DNA of 63,549 bases, counting the filler, from Octopus bimaculoides (Eukaryota): NCBI RefSeq assembly GCF_001194135.2. It is 4 parts of 4 records of this genome, joined end to end, with 100 filler letters (N's around TTAATTAATTAA, not from the genome) between each part and the next. Parts side by side here need not be neighbours in the genome. Positions count along the whole stretch, not along the records: positions 7,947 to 16,739 come from NC_069005.1; positions 16,840 to 41,359 come from NC_068996.1; 2 more parts are not named here. One strand, written 5' to 3'. Below are positions 13,371 through 26,230 of this stretch, in pieces. The position numbers and the translations under genes are program-made. Position 1 is the stretch's first letter, and each line of letters begins with the position of its first letter. The notes under the pieces are model-generated. The model searched no databases. It was not told where the DNA came from and saw nothing but the letters and a program-made list of their open reading frames with translations.

Positions 13371-13522
13371 CTTCATAAATGTATCACCAATAATTTTCCG
13401 TTTTTCCTCTGGGTTGGTTATGCAGTTTAACATGTTGGTCTTTTTCTTACAAGAATTTGGATCTGTGCTGTCTATAGGAATGGAGGTGGTCGAGTTGTAG
13501 AATGTGTGAGCAGCTCTTACCA
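13371..13522 (-). CDS. GMPS: GMP synthase exon
   Basis: cag acceptor, gtaaag donor, phase 1 to 0. (V)VRAAHTFYNSTTSIPIDSTDPNSCKKKTNMLNCITNPEEKRKIIGDTFMK contains PEEKRKIIGDTF. Confidence 0.96.
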
Positions 13523-14240
13523 CTGTGGTTCGAGAAAAGAGGAAGAAGAAGCGGGGAAAAAAATAAGAAACATAAATGGTAACAAACAAAAAGTGGGAAG
13601 CAGATTTAAGTATTTCTAGTTTATTTTTAATGTCTAACCCTTTTACTGCAGAAATTAGATATCTCCATTTCAAATTCCATTACATTTTACTACAGAAAAA
13701 GCAGTTTTTATATACTATACCAATCTATCTTTTGTGGAGGAATGCCATGTTTGAAACTATATATATTTTTTTTTTTGTTGAGATATGACCTGTTGGGGCA
13801 AACGAAAGCGAAATCGTGCCCAGCGTCGCCTTCCTGGCACGTGTAGACATTCGAGCGAGATCGTTGCCAGCGCTGCTGGACTGGCTCCTGTGCACGTGGC
13901 ACGTAAAATACACGATTTTGAGCGTGGCCGTTGCCAGTACTGCCTGACTGGCATATGGCGTCAAATGTAAATAAGGTACATAATTCCTCATCTCTTAAAT
14001 ATAGAACTGTGTTACTGGATACCGAGTTGAGGATATGAAGACTGCTATGGAAGGGCAAGGCAATAGGCACGGAAAAGTTACATTGGTACGGGCCAATTGT
14101 CTGACCAGAAAGACTTTACTGGCAGTTTATCTTACTGACCACTAGAAGGATGAAAGGTAAAGTTTATCTAGTCAGGATTTGAACTCAGAATATACAGGTT
14201 TGTAATTTAATACCACAAAGTATTTTGTCTGGATCTTTAA

Positions 14241-14462
14241 CCCTTTAGCATTTAAACCGGCCATATCCGGGCCAAAAGTATTCTGCTTGTTTTATGTTCA
14301 AACTGGCCAAATCTGGTCTCTCACACCAACCCTACAATATCGTTTTAAAAATTAACAGCTACCTCATCAAAATCTCATAGCTACAAGATAATGCATGATA
14401 AGTTCAAAGCAATGTGGATGAAAAAGCATTAATTTTGGCAGAATAATGCAAACACTAAAGGG
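14241..14462. mobile_element. piggyBac-type MITE in GMPS intron
   Basis: TIR ccctttagcattt / aaacactaaaggg flanked by TTAA on both sides. Confidence 0.8.
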
Positions 14463-14552
14463 TTAAAAATTCTGCCAACCCACTGCCCACTGATTCTAAC
14501 GACCACAACAACGACAACAACGACGACGACAACAATGTTTGACAATTCTGAC

Positions 14553-14718
14553 CTTTGACCTTCACCCCAATTCTGGAAAGAGACTCTTCAACCTGTTTGC
14601 TTTCATTCTTCCTCATGAAACCATTGTCAATGTGAATGGCAATCACCTGGTCTTCATTCAACGCTTTGTTGAGCAAGGCAGCACACACTGTGGAATCAAC
14701 TCCGCCACTCAACAATAT
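14553..14718 (-). CDS. GMPS: GMP synthase exon: ATPPase P-loop
   Basis: cag acceptor, gtcaga donor, phase 0 to 1. ILLSGGVDSTVCAALLNKALNEDQVIAIHIDNGFMRKNESKQVEESLSRIGVKVK contains SGGVDS and DNGFMRK. Confidence 0.97.
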
Positions 14719-15004
14719 CTGACAATCGAAATAACAAACATTATGAAACAACGGCAGCATTATTAATAATATCAACATCAAAATTAGGATCAGAGAGAAG
14801 AATGATACACACATCAAATAGGTAATCTATACAAGACAGGCAGACATCAAGAGTACACATCAAGAGTACTCTGTCATCTTGCTAGAGTAGGGCCACAGAC
14901 CTGTATAAGACCATGCATCATTTTGGAACCAGGCTCCACAAAAACAATAAAAAATTAATTTTTATCTTATCGACTATCACAGTCAACAGGGTGTTTTTTG
15001 CATT

Positions 15005-15225
15005 ATATATGTAATCCAGTACCGCCTGACTGGCTTCGTGCCGGTGGCACGTAAAAGCACCCACTACACTCTCTGAGTGGTTGGCGTTAGGAAGGGCATC
15101 CAGCTGTAGAAACTCTGCCAAATCAGATTGGAGCCTGGTGTAGCCATCTGGTTTCACCAGTCTTCAGTCAAATCGTCCAACCCATGCTAGCATGGAAAGT
15201 GGACGTTAAACGATGATGATGATGA
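15005..15225 (-). mobile_element. SINE family D with (CAT)n end
   Basis: tttaacgtcc..tttccatgctagcatgggttggacg...ggatgcccttcctaacgccaaccac; other copies at 10210-10480, 15280-15480, 40810-41020, 42940-43060, 45470-46020, 49600-49840, 58480-58700. Confidence 0.85.
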
Positions 15226-16130
15226 TGATGATGATTAAGCACTTTATTGTGTTTTGTTATGCATGTTTTTTGTTACATAATTATCATCAGCCTTTAACGC
15301 TGTTTTCGATGCTGACATAGGTTGGACGTTTTGACTAGAGCTGGCAAGCCAGAGAGATGCACGATGGTTCCAGTCTGATTTGGCTTGGTTTCTATGGTTG
15401 GATGGCCTTCCTGATGCCAACCACTTTACAGTGTGCGCTGGGTGCTTTTAATGTGACACCGACATGAACATCACTATGTGGCACTGGCACAAGAACTTTT
15501 TACATGAGCACCAGTACAGTACTCTTGCATGTCAATCCTCTGCATCAGCGGGAGCCACCTTAACACTTCTACTGTGGAAGACAGATCCTCTTGAATATAG
15601 CTAAGTGCCAGATATCGCGGCCCTTTGTCATCTCCATCTGTGGGGAAACTGGTCCATGGTGCAAAAAAGATTAGGAATCGCTGCACTATAGAGTATATCT
15701 GTTGTTGGCATTCCGTCGCTTGCGACGTCGAGGGTTCCAGTTGATTCAATCAACGGAACAGCTTGCTCGTGAAATTAACGTGCAAGTGGCTGAGCACTCC
15801 ACAGACACTTGTACCCGTAACATAGTTCTCGGGGATATTCAGCGTGACACAGAGTGTGACAAGGCTGGCCCTTTGAATTACAGATACAACAGAAACAGGA
15901 AGAAAGAGTGAGAGGAAGTTGTGGTGAAAGAGTACAGCAGGGTTCGCCACCATCCCCTGCCGGAGCCTCGTGGAGCTTTAGGTGTTTTCGCTCAATAAAC
16001 ACTCACAACGCCCGGTCTGGGAATCGAAACCGCGATCCTATGACTGCGAGTCCGCTGCCCTAACCACCAGGCCATTGTGCCTCCACAGATTATATCTATA
16101 CAAGGCAGAATAGACATGAGGGGTACCTAC

Positions 16131-16324
16131 CAGTACTTTGTGTGATCCCACTGTCGAACATATGTAATCTATACAAGATGTCTCACGGCACTTCATGGTG
16201 TACGTTCCTTTACATTCAGCCACATCATACAGAAAGTTCTGCAGTATTTGCTTGCCACAATCAGTTTGGTCAACTTCGGGGTGAAACTGTACACCGTACA
16301 GCTGGGACTTCTCGTTGCTGATAG
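16131..16324 (-). CDS. GMPS: GMP synthase exon: end of GATase domain and linker
   Basis: tag acceptor, gtaggt donor, phase 1 to 0. Encodes (A)ISNEKSQLYGVQFHPEVDQTDCGKQILQNFLYDVAECKGTYTMKCRETSCIDYICSTVGSHKVL, with the class I GATase QFHPE motif; collinear with human GMPS. Confidence 0.95.
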
Positions 16325-16739
16325 CTACAGAACAACAACAGCAATAATTTTAATAACAATAACAACAACAACAACAATTACAGCAACAAGAAAAGCCAAA
16401 CAAACTAACAAGTGAGGCCTCAATGTAGTCACTCAACTTGCTAGAAATAGCAACCAAATTTTCTTCAAATCACATTCTACTGTTTAGACAAAAATGTGAC
16501 ACTGACTAATGTATCTGGAAAGAAAAAAAACTGGCAGGATGACCATAGTTGGAATGCTTTTGATCATAGGTGTGCTCAATCAGGGTTGACCTTGGGTTAA
16601 ACAAAACTTCATAAGAAAAACAAAAAAAAATGAAAACTGGAAATTAAGGAGAAAATATCAAAGAAAAAAAAAAACAAAAATAAGGATATTTTTGTTACAT
16701 CCGAGTTACACTTTACCTCATACAGAATGAAATACCATG

Positions 16740-16839
16740 NNNNNNNNNNNNNNNNNNNNNNNNNNNNNNNNNNNNNNNNNNNNTTAATTAATTAANNNNN
16801 NNNNNNNNNNNNNNNNNNNNNNNNNNNNNNNNNNNNNNN
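16740..16839. other. Artificial scaffold join
   Basis: Same 44 N + TTAATTAATTAA + 44 N layout. Confidence 0.95.
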
Positions 16840-16875
<36 letters not shown>

Positions 16876-16944
16876 CTTGCCTGCCTGCCTGCTTGACATA
16901 TTTTACAAAGCCAAAATGGAGGCTTCTACTCGGTTGCCCTAACC

Positions 16945-17225
16945 TAGTGGTTCTCAACCATTTAAAAAATCTTTTACCTAATTTTTTGATTCCTATTTTA
17001 CCAAGGTAGACCCCCATACCCATTCCATGTTTAAAAAAAAAATCCCCATTCTATTTTTATAGATATTAGCAATTGCATACAAAAAAGAAATGTTAAAATA
17101 TTTTTTATATTGCAGAAGTATAACCAATTTATAGCATATAAATTTTAACAAAATCTTACGTAGACTCCCCCACGCAAGGTCATATGCACTCACAAGGCTC
17201 ACATGGACCCGATTGAGAACCACTG
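16945..17225. mobile_element. hAT-type MITE
   Basis: TIR tagtggttctcaa / ttgagaaccactg; imperfect 8-bp TSD ccctaacc / ctttaacc. Confidence 0.65.
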
Positions 17226-18540
17226 CTTTAACCGAGCGAAATAATATCCAAATATCCCTCAAATCACAGCATGCTTTCTATAACAAAAAATGTGGGTCAC
17301 ACTAGATAATAAACTTCGGTATATACATAGAATACTAGAATAAAAGCAGAGATTGTCCTAATTAGACTGTCTTTGATCATAGATCTGCTCGATCATTCTG
17401 ACCTAGAGCTTAATAACATAATGTCTTCTACTGTACCTTAAGAGATCGATAGCGTCGGATTAGTAGTGTCATTAAAGCTGTTTCGTAAGGAGAGCGTAGT
17501 AATAGTTTAATATTTTGGTTATGGCGTGGGTTACTTCAGAAGTTAGCGTAACAATGCGACAAATGAATAGAATTTACAATAATTTTTTCTTTAAAATTTC
17601 ATTGGAATACATGTATGTATGTATGTATGTATGTATGTCCTTACCTTCGAAACGCGGATTAGATAAAAAAAAAGGGGGACAACTGATGAAGGGAATGTTC
17701 TTTACGTTGCTTGTCTCGTTTCTCTGTTTGTTTCTTTCTTTCGTGTTGTTCGAAAAATGTTCGTTTTCTATGTTTTTGTTTTTTATGTTCTCGTTTCTGA
17801 TTTTGTTCACTTTTTTTTTTGGTGTCCTGTACCCATATATGCATGTATATATACATATATATGTAGGTATGTACATATATGTATGTATATATGCATATAT
17901 TTATATATTTATATTATGTATGTATATATGTATGTATGTATGTATGCATGTATGTATAGGCACAGGTATGGCTGTGTGATAAGAGGTTTTTTCAGAGTCA
18001 TATAGTTTCGAGTTCAGTCCGGCTGCGTGGTACCTTGGGCAAGTGCCTCCTGTTATAGCCTCGGGCCAATCAAAGCCTTGTGAATAGATTTGGAAGACTG
18101 AAACATGTATGTGCGTGCGCGCGCGAGTATATGTTTGTGTGTGTGAGTGTGTGTATGTCTTTGTGTCTGTGTTTGTCCTCTACCATCGCTTGACAACCTG
18201 TGTTAGTTCCTATAACCTAGCTGTTCGACTAAAGAGAATGATAGAATAAGTATCAGCTCTTTGCATCCTAACAACATCGGAGACACTCGTGCCAAACTGG
18301 CTCAATCTGTGTCAGAGATCTTTGCTTTGGACAATACCGGTGGTGTTGTTAAGAAAGAATTACATACCTGAGCAACAATAGGCTCGGGAATAGGTGGTGC
18401 ATGGGGTACAATAGCACTCCCTCTTGAAAAACTTCATTGCTAGAACGAATGAATGTAGAAATATTTTTGGACTGATTTGAAACACTACTTTTCCATTATT
18501 GGATTTATCTGATTCGATTGACGAACAAATATTATCATAA

Positions 18541-18580
<40 letters not shown>

Positions 18581-19423
18581 NNNNNNNNNNTATTATTATT
18601 ATTATTATTATTATCAAAGCAGTGAGCTGGCAGAATCGTTAGCAAGCGGCATTTCGTCCGTCATTACGTTCTGAGATCAAATTTCCCCGAGGTCGACTTT
18701 ACCTTTCATCCTTTCAGGGTCGATAAATCAAGTATCAGTTGAGTACCGGAATCGATGTTATTTGACTTACCCCCTCTCCAAAATTTCAGGCCTTGTGCCT
18801 TTAATAGAAAGGATTATTATTGTTATTGTAGTTGTTTTGTTATTAACATTAGACATGTTAGTAAATAATTTTGAACCTGGATTCGCGTCTCCTGAGCAAA
18901 CTTCGTTTCTGCAATTACGAGGGCAACAGTCAGCTTGCTCCGGTCTGTATATATATATGTATATATGTAGTTCAATGGGCAATCTAGACTGTTGAAGGTC
19001 GTACATTATGTATGTAGGTCGACTGACAGAATCGATGGAGCGACAGACGAATGCCTTGAGGTATTTATTTCGTCTCTTTGTGTTTTGATTTAATCTTTCC
19101 TGAGTTCAAGATCAGTCAGCACCAGTCAAATACTTGTTTCATTTCTTCCCTTGTGTTTCTCCACCCCCTCTCTCTCTCTCTCTCGCTCTCTCTCTCACAC
19201 ACACACTCACACACACACGCACATGCACACGCACACACACTGAGAACTGGATTCACTGCGTTGTGTGCGAGTAGTAGAGAGACGCTCTCAGGAGTCCTTT
19301 CCTTCAAGAAATAAAAGAGGCTTGAATTAGGGGTTAGCAACTTCTTTTCATTCAGGGGAACATGACGGGCATGAATGGCTCGACGTGTTATGCATCACGG
19401 AACATTGAACGTCATACTCTAAT

Positions 19424-19517
<94 letters not shown>

Positions 19518-21116
19518 CGCTTTCTCTCAGTCTTTCCCTCTCTCCTCAAAAAACACACCAATGCACATACATACAAATGTACAGCCACTGACACGAAGGC
19601 ATTCGTTATTTTTGCATTCATAATTAGTGAATTAACATAACAGTGACGACGCTAATTACTGTAAATAACGTTTCTAAGTTATTCAGTTTCCAAACAATCC
19701 TGTTACCCTGCTACAAATATGCAATTGTGGAGGCAGAAACGGTTGAGTGGTTTATAAGTTCACTTTACAATCACAAAGTAGAGATGCGCAACTTATTGGT
19801 TAAGATGTTACACCTATAATCGTTACATTGTGATTTCGAATCTTGAGCCGGCCGATGCATTATGGTTCTTGAGCAAAATACGTCATTTCACGTTGCTCCA
19901 GTCCACTCAACTGGCAAAAACAAGTATTGTAGTGATGGACCATTGTCCCATCCAGTAGGGAATATATATGTACGAAAAGAAACAAAGAAAAACTGAGATT
20001 TTAGTAAACAATAATTTATTCTTTTCGTACACAAGAAATGATAGTTGTTACTACGAACGACAAAACGTCGAGAGTTTCTATTCTTGGTTTTGGTTCTAAC
20101 AGCAAATAAAATGTAGTTAATAGCTTGTCGTCTGCTAACTTCTAATATCGTTCGTCCTCTGACTGTTCATTGCCTTTGTGTCGTCAGCTACTATCCGCCG
20201 TCTCTGTTGGTCAACTCCTACCGTGTCTGTCGAACCTCTCTTTCTCTCTCTCTCTCTCCATCTCTCTTTCTTTCTCTCTCTTTCTCCCCCCTCTCTCTCT
20301 GTTCAGTGTTCACGACGTACTGACTTTATACTGATTGACAAGCTCAGGTGGAAGAGCACCAAAAGAAAAAGAAAAATAATCATTGCCAGAACAAGTTCGA
20401 TGAAAAGCCGTGATTCTTTTCTTTTTTTTATTCTTTTATTTAGTTTCAGTCGTTTGACTGCGCCCATGCTGGAGCACCGCCTTTTAGCTGAAGAAATCGA
20501 CTCCAAGACTTATTCTTCGTAAGCCTGGTACTTATCTAATCGCTCTGTTTTACGAAACCACTAAGTTACGGGGACGTAAACACACCAACATCGGTTATCA
20601 AGTGATGGTGGGAGGACAGACACAGACACACAAACACATACATATATATATGCGACGGGCTTCTTTCAGTTTCCGTCTGCCAAATCCACTCACAAGACTT
20701 TGGTCGGCCCGAGGCTATAGTAAAAGACACGTGCCCAAGGTGTCACGCAGTGGGACTGAACCCGGAACCATGTGGTTGGGAAGCCAGCTACTTACCACAC
20801 AGCCACGTTGATCACGTGGGCAATATTCTAGCAATTATGTTATCGGGCGATTGCTGAATATTCCTGCTACATCTGTATTCCCAGAAAATCCGGGAAACCA
20901 GCCCTATTAGTTTATATGACTTGGGAAGGAAATTTTAGCTTTCATGAAATCACGCGATATCGGGTCTGATTCCACTGCGTGGAATTTTCTATAACTTCAA
21001 GTATCATTTTCTATATACCCGCACCGATTCAAGCGTTGTGAGTGAAATTGGGTCGATGGAAACTGCATGGAATCCCATCATACAGATTATACCTATAATT
21101 CAAAAGGCAAAACCTT

Positions 21117-21260
21117 GATACACTGTGTCACGCCCATACACTGTGTCACGCTCATACGCTGTACCACGGTCATACGCTGTGTTACGCTCATCGCTATATT
21201 AAGCTCATACGCTGCCACGCCCATACATTGTCTCACGCTCATACACTGTGTAACTGTCAT
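21117..21260. repeat. 18-bp minisatellite, about 8 degenerate copies
   Basis: Unit catacactgtgtcacgct. Confidence 0.85.
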
Positions 21261-21745
21261 TTACGTTAAGGTTTCGTGACCTTGTGGTTAAGAATTATGT
21301 TCTAGCAATCACGAAGTTTCGGGTTCGAACTGACAAAGTGGAATCTTGGATATGTGTCTTTTGCTCTGGTTTCGAGTCGACCCAAGTTATCTGAGTGAAA
21401 CTGAATAAATATAAATTATGTGGGGGACTATCAGATGGATTATAGCTGTAATGCAAAGCCCATCTTTGTTACATTGCATCACATGTATAATAACAGATTA
21501 GGTTAATTATGCACATATCCGTGGAATACTCAACCACTTCATCCTTTATCTTTTAATTGTTTCAGTCATGAGACTACAGCCATTTTGGGAGCACTATATT
21601 GAAGAATCGACTCCAATATTATTTGTTTATTTATTTATTGAGTTTAGTTCTTATTCTATTGATGTCTTTTGCCGAATCGCTAAGTTATAGGGACGTAAAC
21701 ATACCAACATTGGTTGTCAATTAGTGGTGGGGGAGGATAAACAAA

Positions 21746-21842
<97 letters not shown>

Positions 21843-22859
21843 CACGACGGGATACTTTCAGTTTCCGTTTACCAAATCCACTCAAGAGGCTTTGGTCGAC
21901 CCGAAGCTATAGCAAAAGACACTTGCCCGAGGTACCACGCAGTGGGACTGAATCCGGAGCTATGTGGTTGTGAAGCAAACTTCTTACCACATAGCCACAC
22001 TTCAATCGGACGTTCAGTCGATCGAACAACCAAATGTTTATTGTCGAGACCAACAAAGGATCCAGTGTTGTACAATTACAGAATTCTTTCATCACTACTT
22101 CCACAACGACAGAAAAAACTATGTTTTGCTGATGAGGTCATAGTAAGAATGGAGAATGTCTTCAGCTGCATCTTGTACTTAAAAAGGAAATCGTATCAGT
22201 TATTCTTAGTTTTTGTTTTTCTCGGTGCATATTTATTGTTCGTCAGCTTTTTAAAAGTTTGATACATTAGACATATTAGCACTAACGCCATAAGAATTGA
22301 GAAACTTCGAAGGGATGCCAAATAATTCGCTTTTAACTGTAGAACTCGGAAGCGATACAACTATAAATGGTAGCATGTAAAAATTGGGTTAAAAACCCCA
22401 TTTGGATCGAAAAAGACGAAGGCTGAAATGAATTATGTTAACACTAATTTATCTACTGTTGCTTTCATCAAAACCCACTTTTGATCCTGGTTTTCTCTGA
22501 AAAATTCCCCTTTCATCATAGCCAACCAATCTACAATATCTTACATTTATTTAGTGATTCATATTAATTTCCTCGCCGCTATATTCAGCAAATACAAAAT
22601 AAACTGTTTTGCTGATGGCATCAGAATACGATCGAAAACTGCTTGGAGTTATTACACCGAATGATCCGGAAAATAGAAACAAATATTCATAATTGATTAA
22701 TATATTTTGGATACCCGCTCCTACTTTTTACTTAGCGCTCTAATAGTCCAAGTATAAAATACGTTAACATTAAGGCTAAGATTAAATAGTTTAATGATTA
22801 ACTGTGAAGATGCATGAAACAGTTTGAAAATAACTGGTTTTAGAATATAGTGGACATAT

Positions 22860-23250
22860 ATTCTTTACTCTTTTACTTGTTTCAGTCATTTGACTGCGGT
22901 CATGCTGGAGCACCACCTTTAGTCGAGCAGGACGTATTCTTCATAAGCCTAGTACTTATTCTACCGGTCTCTTTTTGCCGAACCGCTATGTTACGGGGAC
23001 ATAAACACACCAGCATCGGTTGTCATGCGATGTTGGTGGGGGCGGCAAACACAGACACACAAACACACAGCACATATATATATACATATATACGACAGGC
23101 TTCTTTCAGTTTCCGTCTACCAAATCCACTCACAAGGCTTTGGTCGGCCCGAGGCTATAGTAGAAGACACTTGCCCAAGGTGCCACGCAGTGGGACTGAA
23201 CCCGGAACCATGTGGCTGGTAAGCAAGTTACTTACCACACAGCCACTCCT
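22860..23250 (-). mobile_element. tRNA-derived SINE family B
   Basis: gagtggctgtgtggtaag...ggttccgggttcagtcccactgcgtggcaccttgggc head; other copies at 17960-18230, 20430-20810, 21650-21990, 24110-24330, 24950-25030, 27285-27380. Confidence 0.85.
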
Positions 23251-24357
23251 AACCCTACCTACTTCACTGCGCTAAATCATGCATGTGAAGGCACGCGGTT
23301 TTGTTGGCAGGCTGTCGAACTCACGATCATATGATAGCTGGTTCGATTCCCGGGCCGATAGGTAGATTGTGTCCTTGATCAAACCACTTTATTTCACGTT
23401 ATCCCATTTCATGTTACTCCATTTCACCACGGAACTGATAATGAACCAAATCCGTTGTAGAGTGACACCTCACAGACTATTCGCCCCAAATCTTGCATAC
23501 GGTATATATATCAATGATCATTGACGAATCAGCATGTTTATTTCGAAATTAATCCGTCCATACATTGATAAGTGTAGCTACGGCTATGTTTTACTTAGGT
23601 CAAAATTATACCAAATCATTACCCCGACCCAGAAACAACTGTCCTACGCTTCTCTAAACAACAATTCTTAATCTTAGTCTTAAACAGTTTCACTAACCGT
23701 AAGTATAACCCTAAACCATAACAGCAAAGCTAACAAACGCACAATGATTCACGGATATATTTTCGTTTTATTTTTCGGCGTGCTGAGTAAGCTGTTTGTT
23801 TACATGGCGTAAAAACTAACGAATGACCCCCTTAAACATTCGCAAACATCAAACGTATGGTAATAATCACTTATACAAATACACGAAATTAAACTTACGC
23901 AAACGAACTCAAGCTTCTCTCTGTATCCCTCTCTCCCCCCTCTTTCCTCCTCCTCCTCTCTTTCTCTCTCTCTCTCTATCACACATGCTCAAATACAAGC
24001 ACGCACGCACGCACGCACACAAACACCTATACATATATACAGACACACGTTGACAAACTCGTATCTCGCACAATGTATACACGCATTTATATATTTATAT
24101 TCTATCTTTCCATCTTCTACTTGTTTCAGTCATTGGAGTGCGGCCATGCTGGGGCATCGCCTCAAAGGGTTTTAATCGAACAGATTGCCCTCGGTGTTTA
24201 AATTGTAAACATGTCACGGATTGTATCGATGTCTTTTTGCTGCACCGCTGTGGTACAGAGACGTAAAAAACCCAACACTAGTTGGCAAACGTGGGGTGGA
24301 GGACAAACACAAGCATGCACAGAGACACCCCACTCTCTCTATATATATACATATATA

Positions 24358-24388
<31 letters not shown>

Positions 24389-24598
24389 ATATATANNNNN
24401 NNNNNNNNNNNNNNNNNNNNNNNNNNNNNNNNNNNNNNNNNNNNNNNNNNNNNNNNNNNNNNNNNNNNNNNNNNNNNNNNNNNNNNNNNNNNNNNNNNNN
24501 NNNNNNNNNNNNNNNNNNNNNNNNNNNNNNNNNNNNNNNNNNNNNNNNNNNNNNNNNNNNNNNNNNNNNNNNNNNNNNNNNNNNNNNNNNNNNNNNTG

Positions 24599-24629
<31 letters not shown>

Positions 24630-25227
24630 GGGAGAATATACAAATAATAACAACAGACGAGGACAGGTGGTGTAAATAACAAAAGGATGTATTAGTATGA
24701 CGCTCGGGTATACGGAAAGTCTTTGACGTTTCGAGCTACGCTCTTCAACAGAAAGAATACGGAGACAAGGCACATGGCTCAGTGGATAGACCATTGAGCT
24801 CACATTCATGAGGTAGTGAGTTCGATTCCCGGACCGGGCTATGTGTTGTGTTTATTTCACATTGCTCCAGTTCACTCAGCTGTAAGAAACGGGATCTTTA
24901 TGGTTTTCGTCACTGTTTACAATTATCTTTAAAAAAAAAAAAGTTCATAGGCACAGGAGTGGCTGTGTGGTAAGTAGCTTGCTTACTAACCACATGGTTC
25001 CGGGTTCAGTCCCACTGCGTGGCACCTTGGGCAATTGTATTTTCATTGGTGGCAGAAACTTGCAGGAACTCCGAAACTGTTCAGATTGATCCACATCTTC
25101 CTCCTGCTTTCCCTCCTTCATCTGCTTCTCCTCCTCCTTCTGCTTCTCCTCCTCCTGCGCCTCCTGCTGCTCCTTCTCTTGATCCTGCTTCTGCTGCTCC
25201 TGCACACCTCCTCCTTTCCCTCCTCCC

Positions 25228-25292
<65 letters not shown>

Positions 25293-25329
25293 GTTTTGCT
25301 GTCGTTGTTGCGGTCAAGGATGTTTTTAT

Positions 25330-26230
25330 GAGTAGCTGCAGCACCGTTTGACATGTACTGCATTGTGGTGCCTCATCCAGCGCTTGTAGAGAATTAGTAG
25401 TTATTAGGGGCTGAAATATTTTTCTAGGTTTCAAAAGGAAGTTCAGTCTTTGAGATGTAGTCTTAGCTAAGTTCATGATACGTGTTTGCCAGGATAGATC
25501 TTCAAAGATGGTGAGGTCATGGTCTTTAAAAATAAATATAGAGAGAGCCTTGAGAGTTCTTGTAGTGGTAGTGAGTGATTTATATTTAATGGAAGTGAGG
25601 TACGATGCTTTTGACAAGTAAAGTAATTGTGTTCCAGTAAAACCGAAAAAGATAACACTCTATTGAAGGTTGTTTCAGAGTTCTTTGCAAATGGAATCAG
25701 TGCAGATATGCTGTGATGTGTTTAGGTTACATACTAATAGCTCTCGGGTGCGGAAGATTAGGGAGAGGTGAACGGTGATATCATTTGCACAGGAGTGGAC
25801 ATTGTTAGAAGTGACAGCAAGTATTTCGTCGACATAAAGGAAGGAAAATTTAGCAAGTAAAAAAACGTTTCTTAGGGCCCCACCTCAGTTGAAAGAGTGT
25901 AGGTCATAACGATCTCAGTCATTATTAACGTTTATAGTGCGATAAGACAAAGCCACCAAATTTTAAGAGGCGAAAGAAGGAGAAATTTCAAACGTGGGTT
26001 ATTTTGCCAGTAGAATCTCATGCCAGAAACAGATGATTGTTTTTCTCATGTCAAGTGCAACAATTCGAATTTTCCCAGGTCGATGCTGAGTGATGTAGGA
26101 GAGTAGAACTTCAGTAGATCTGTTAAATGCTATACTGTTCGTCGGTCGTTTAAGACAAAGAGGGAGTGAATGTGTTGGAGAAGGTTGTTAATGGCTGTCT
26201 CCTTCATCTTTAAAATGTTGAAAGAGAGCG
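25330..26230 (-). mobile_element. Degenerate CR1/jockey-like LINE
   Basis: DLSWQTRIMNLAKTTSQRLNFLL (RT thumb) in ORF 25081-25617; upstream endonuclease-like remnants. Confidence 0.6.

Noticed and set aside
15701-16086. Functional tRNA genes in SINE heads (families B and C)
   Set aside because: tRNA-like A/B boxes are fused to long shared bodies with TSDs; these are SINEs.
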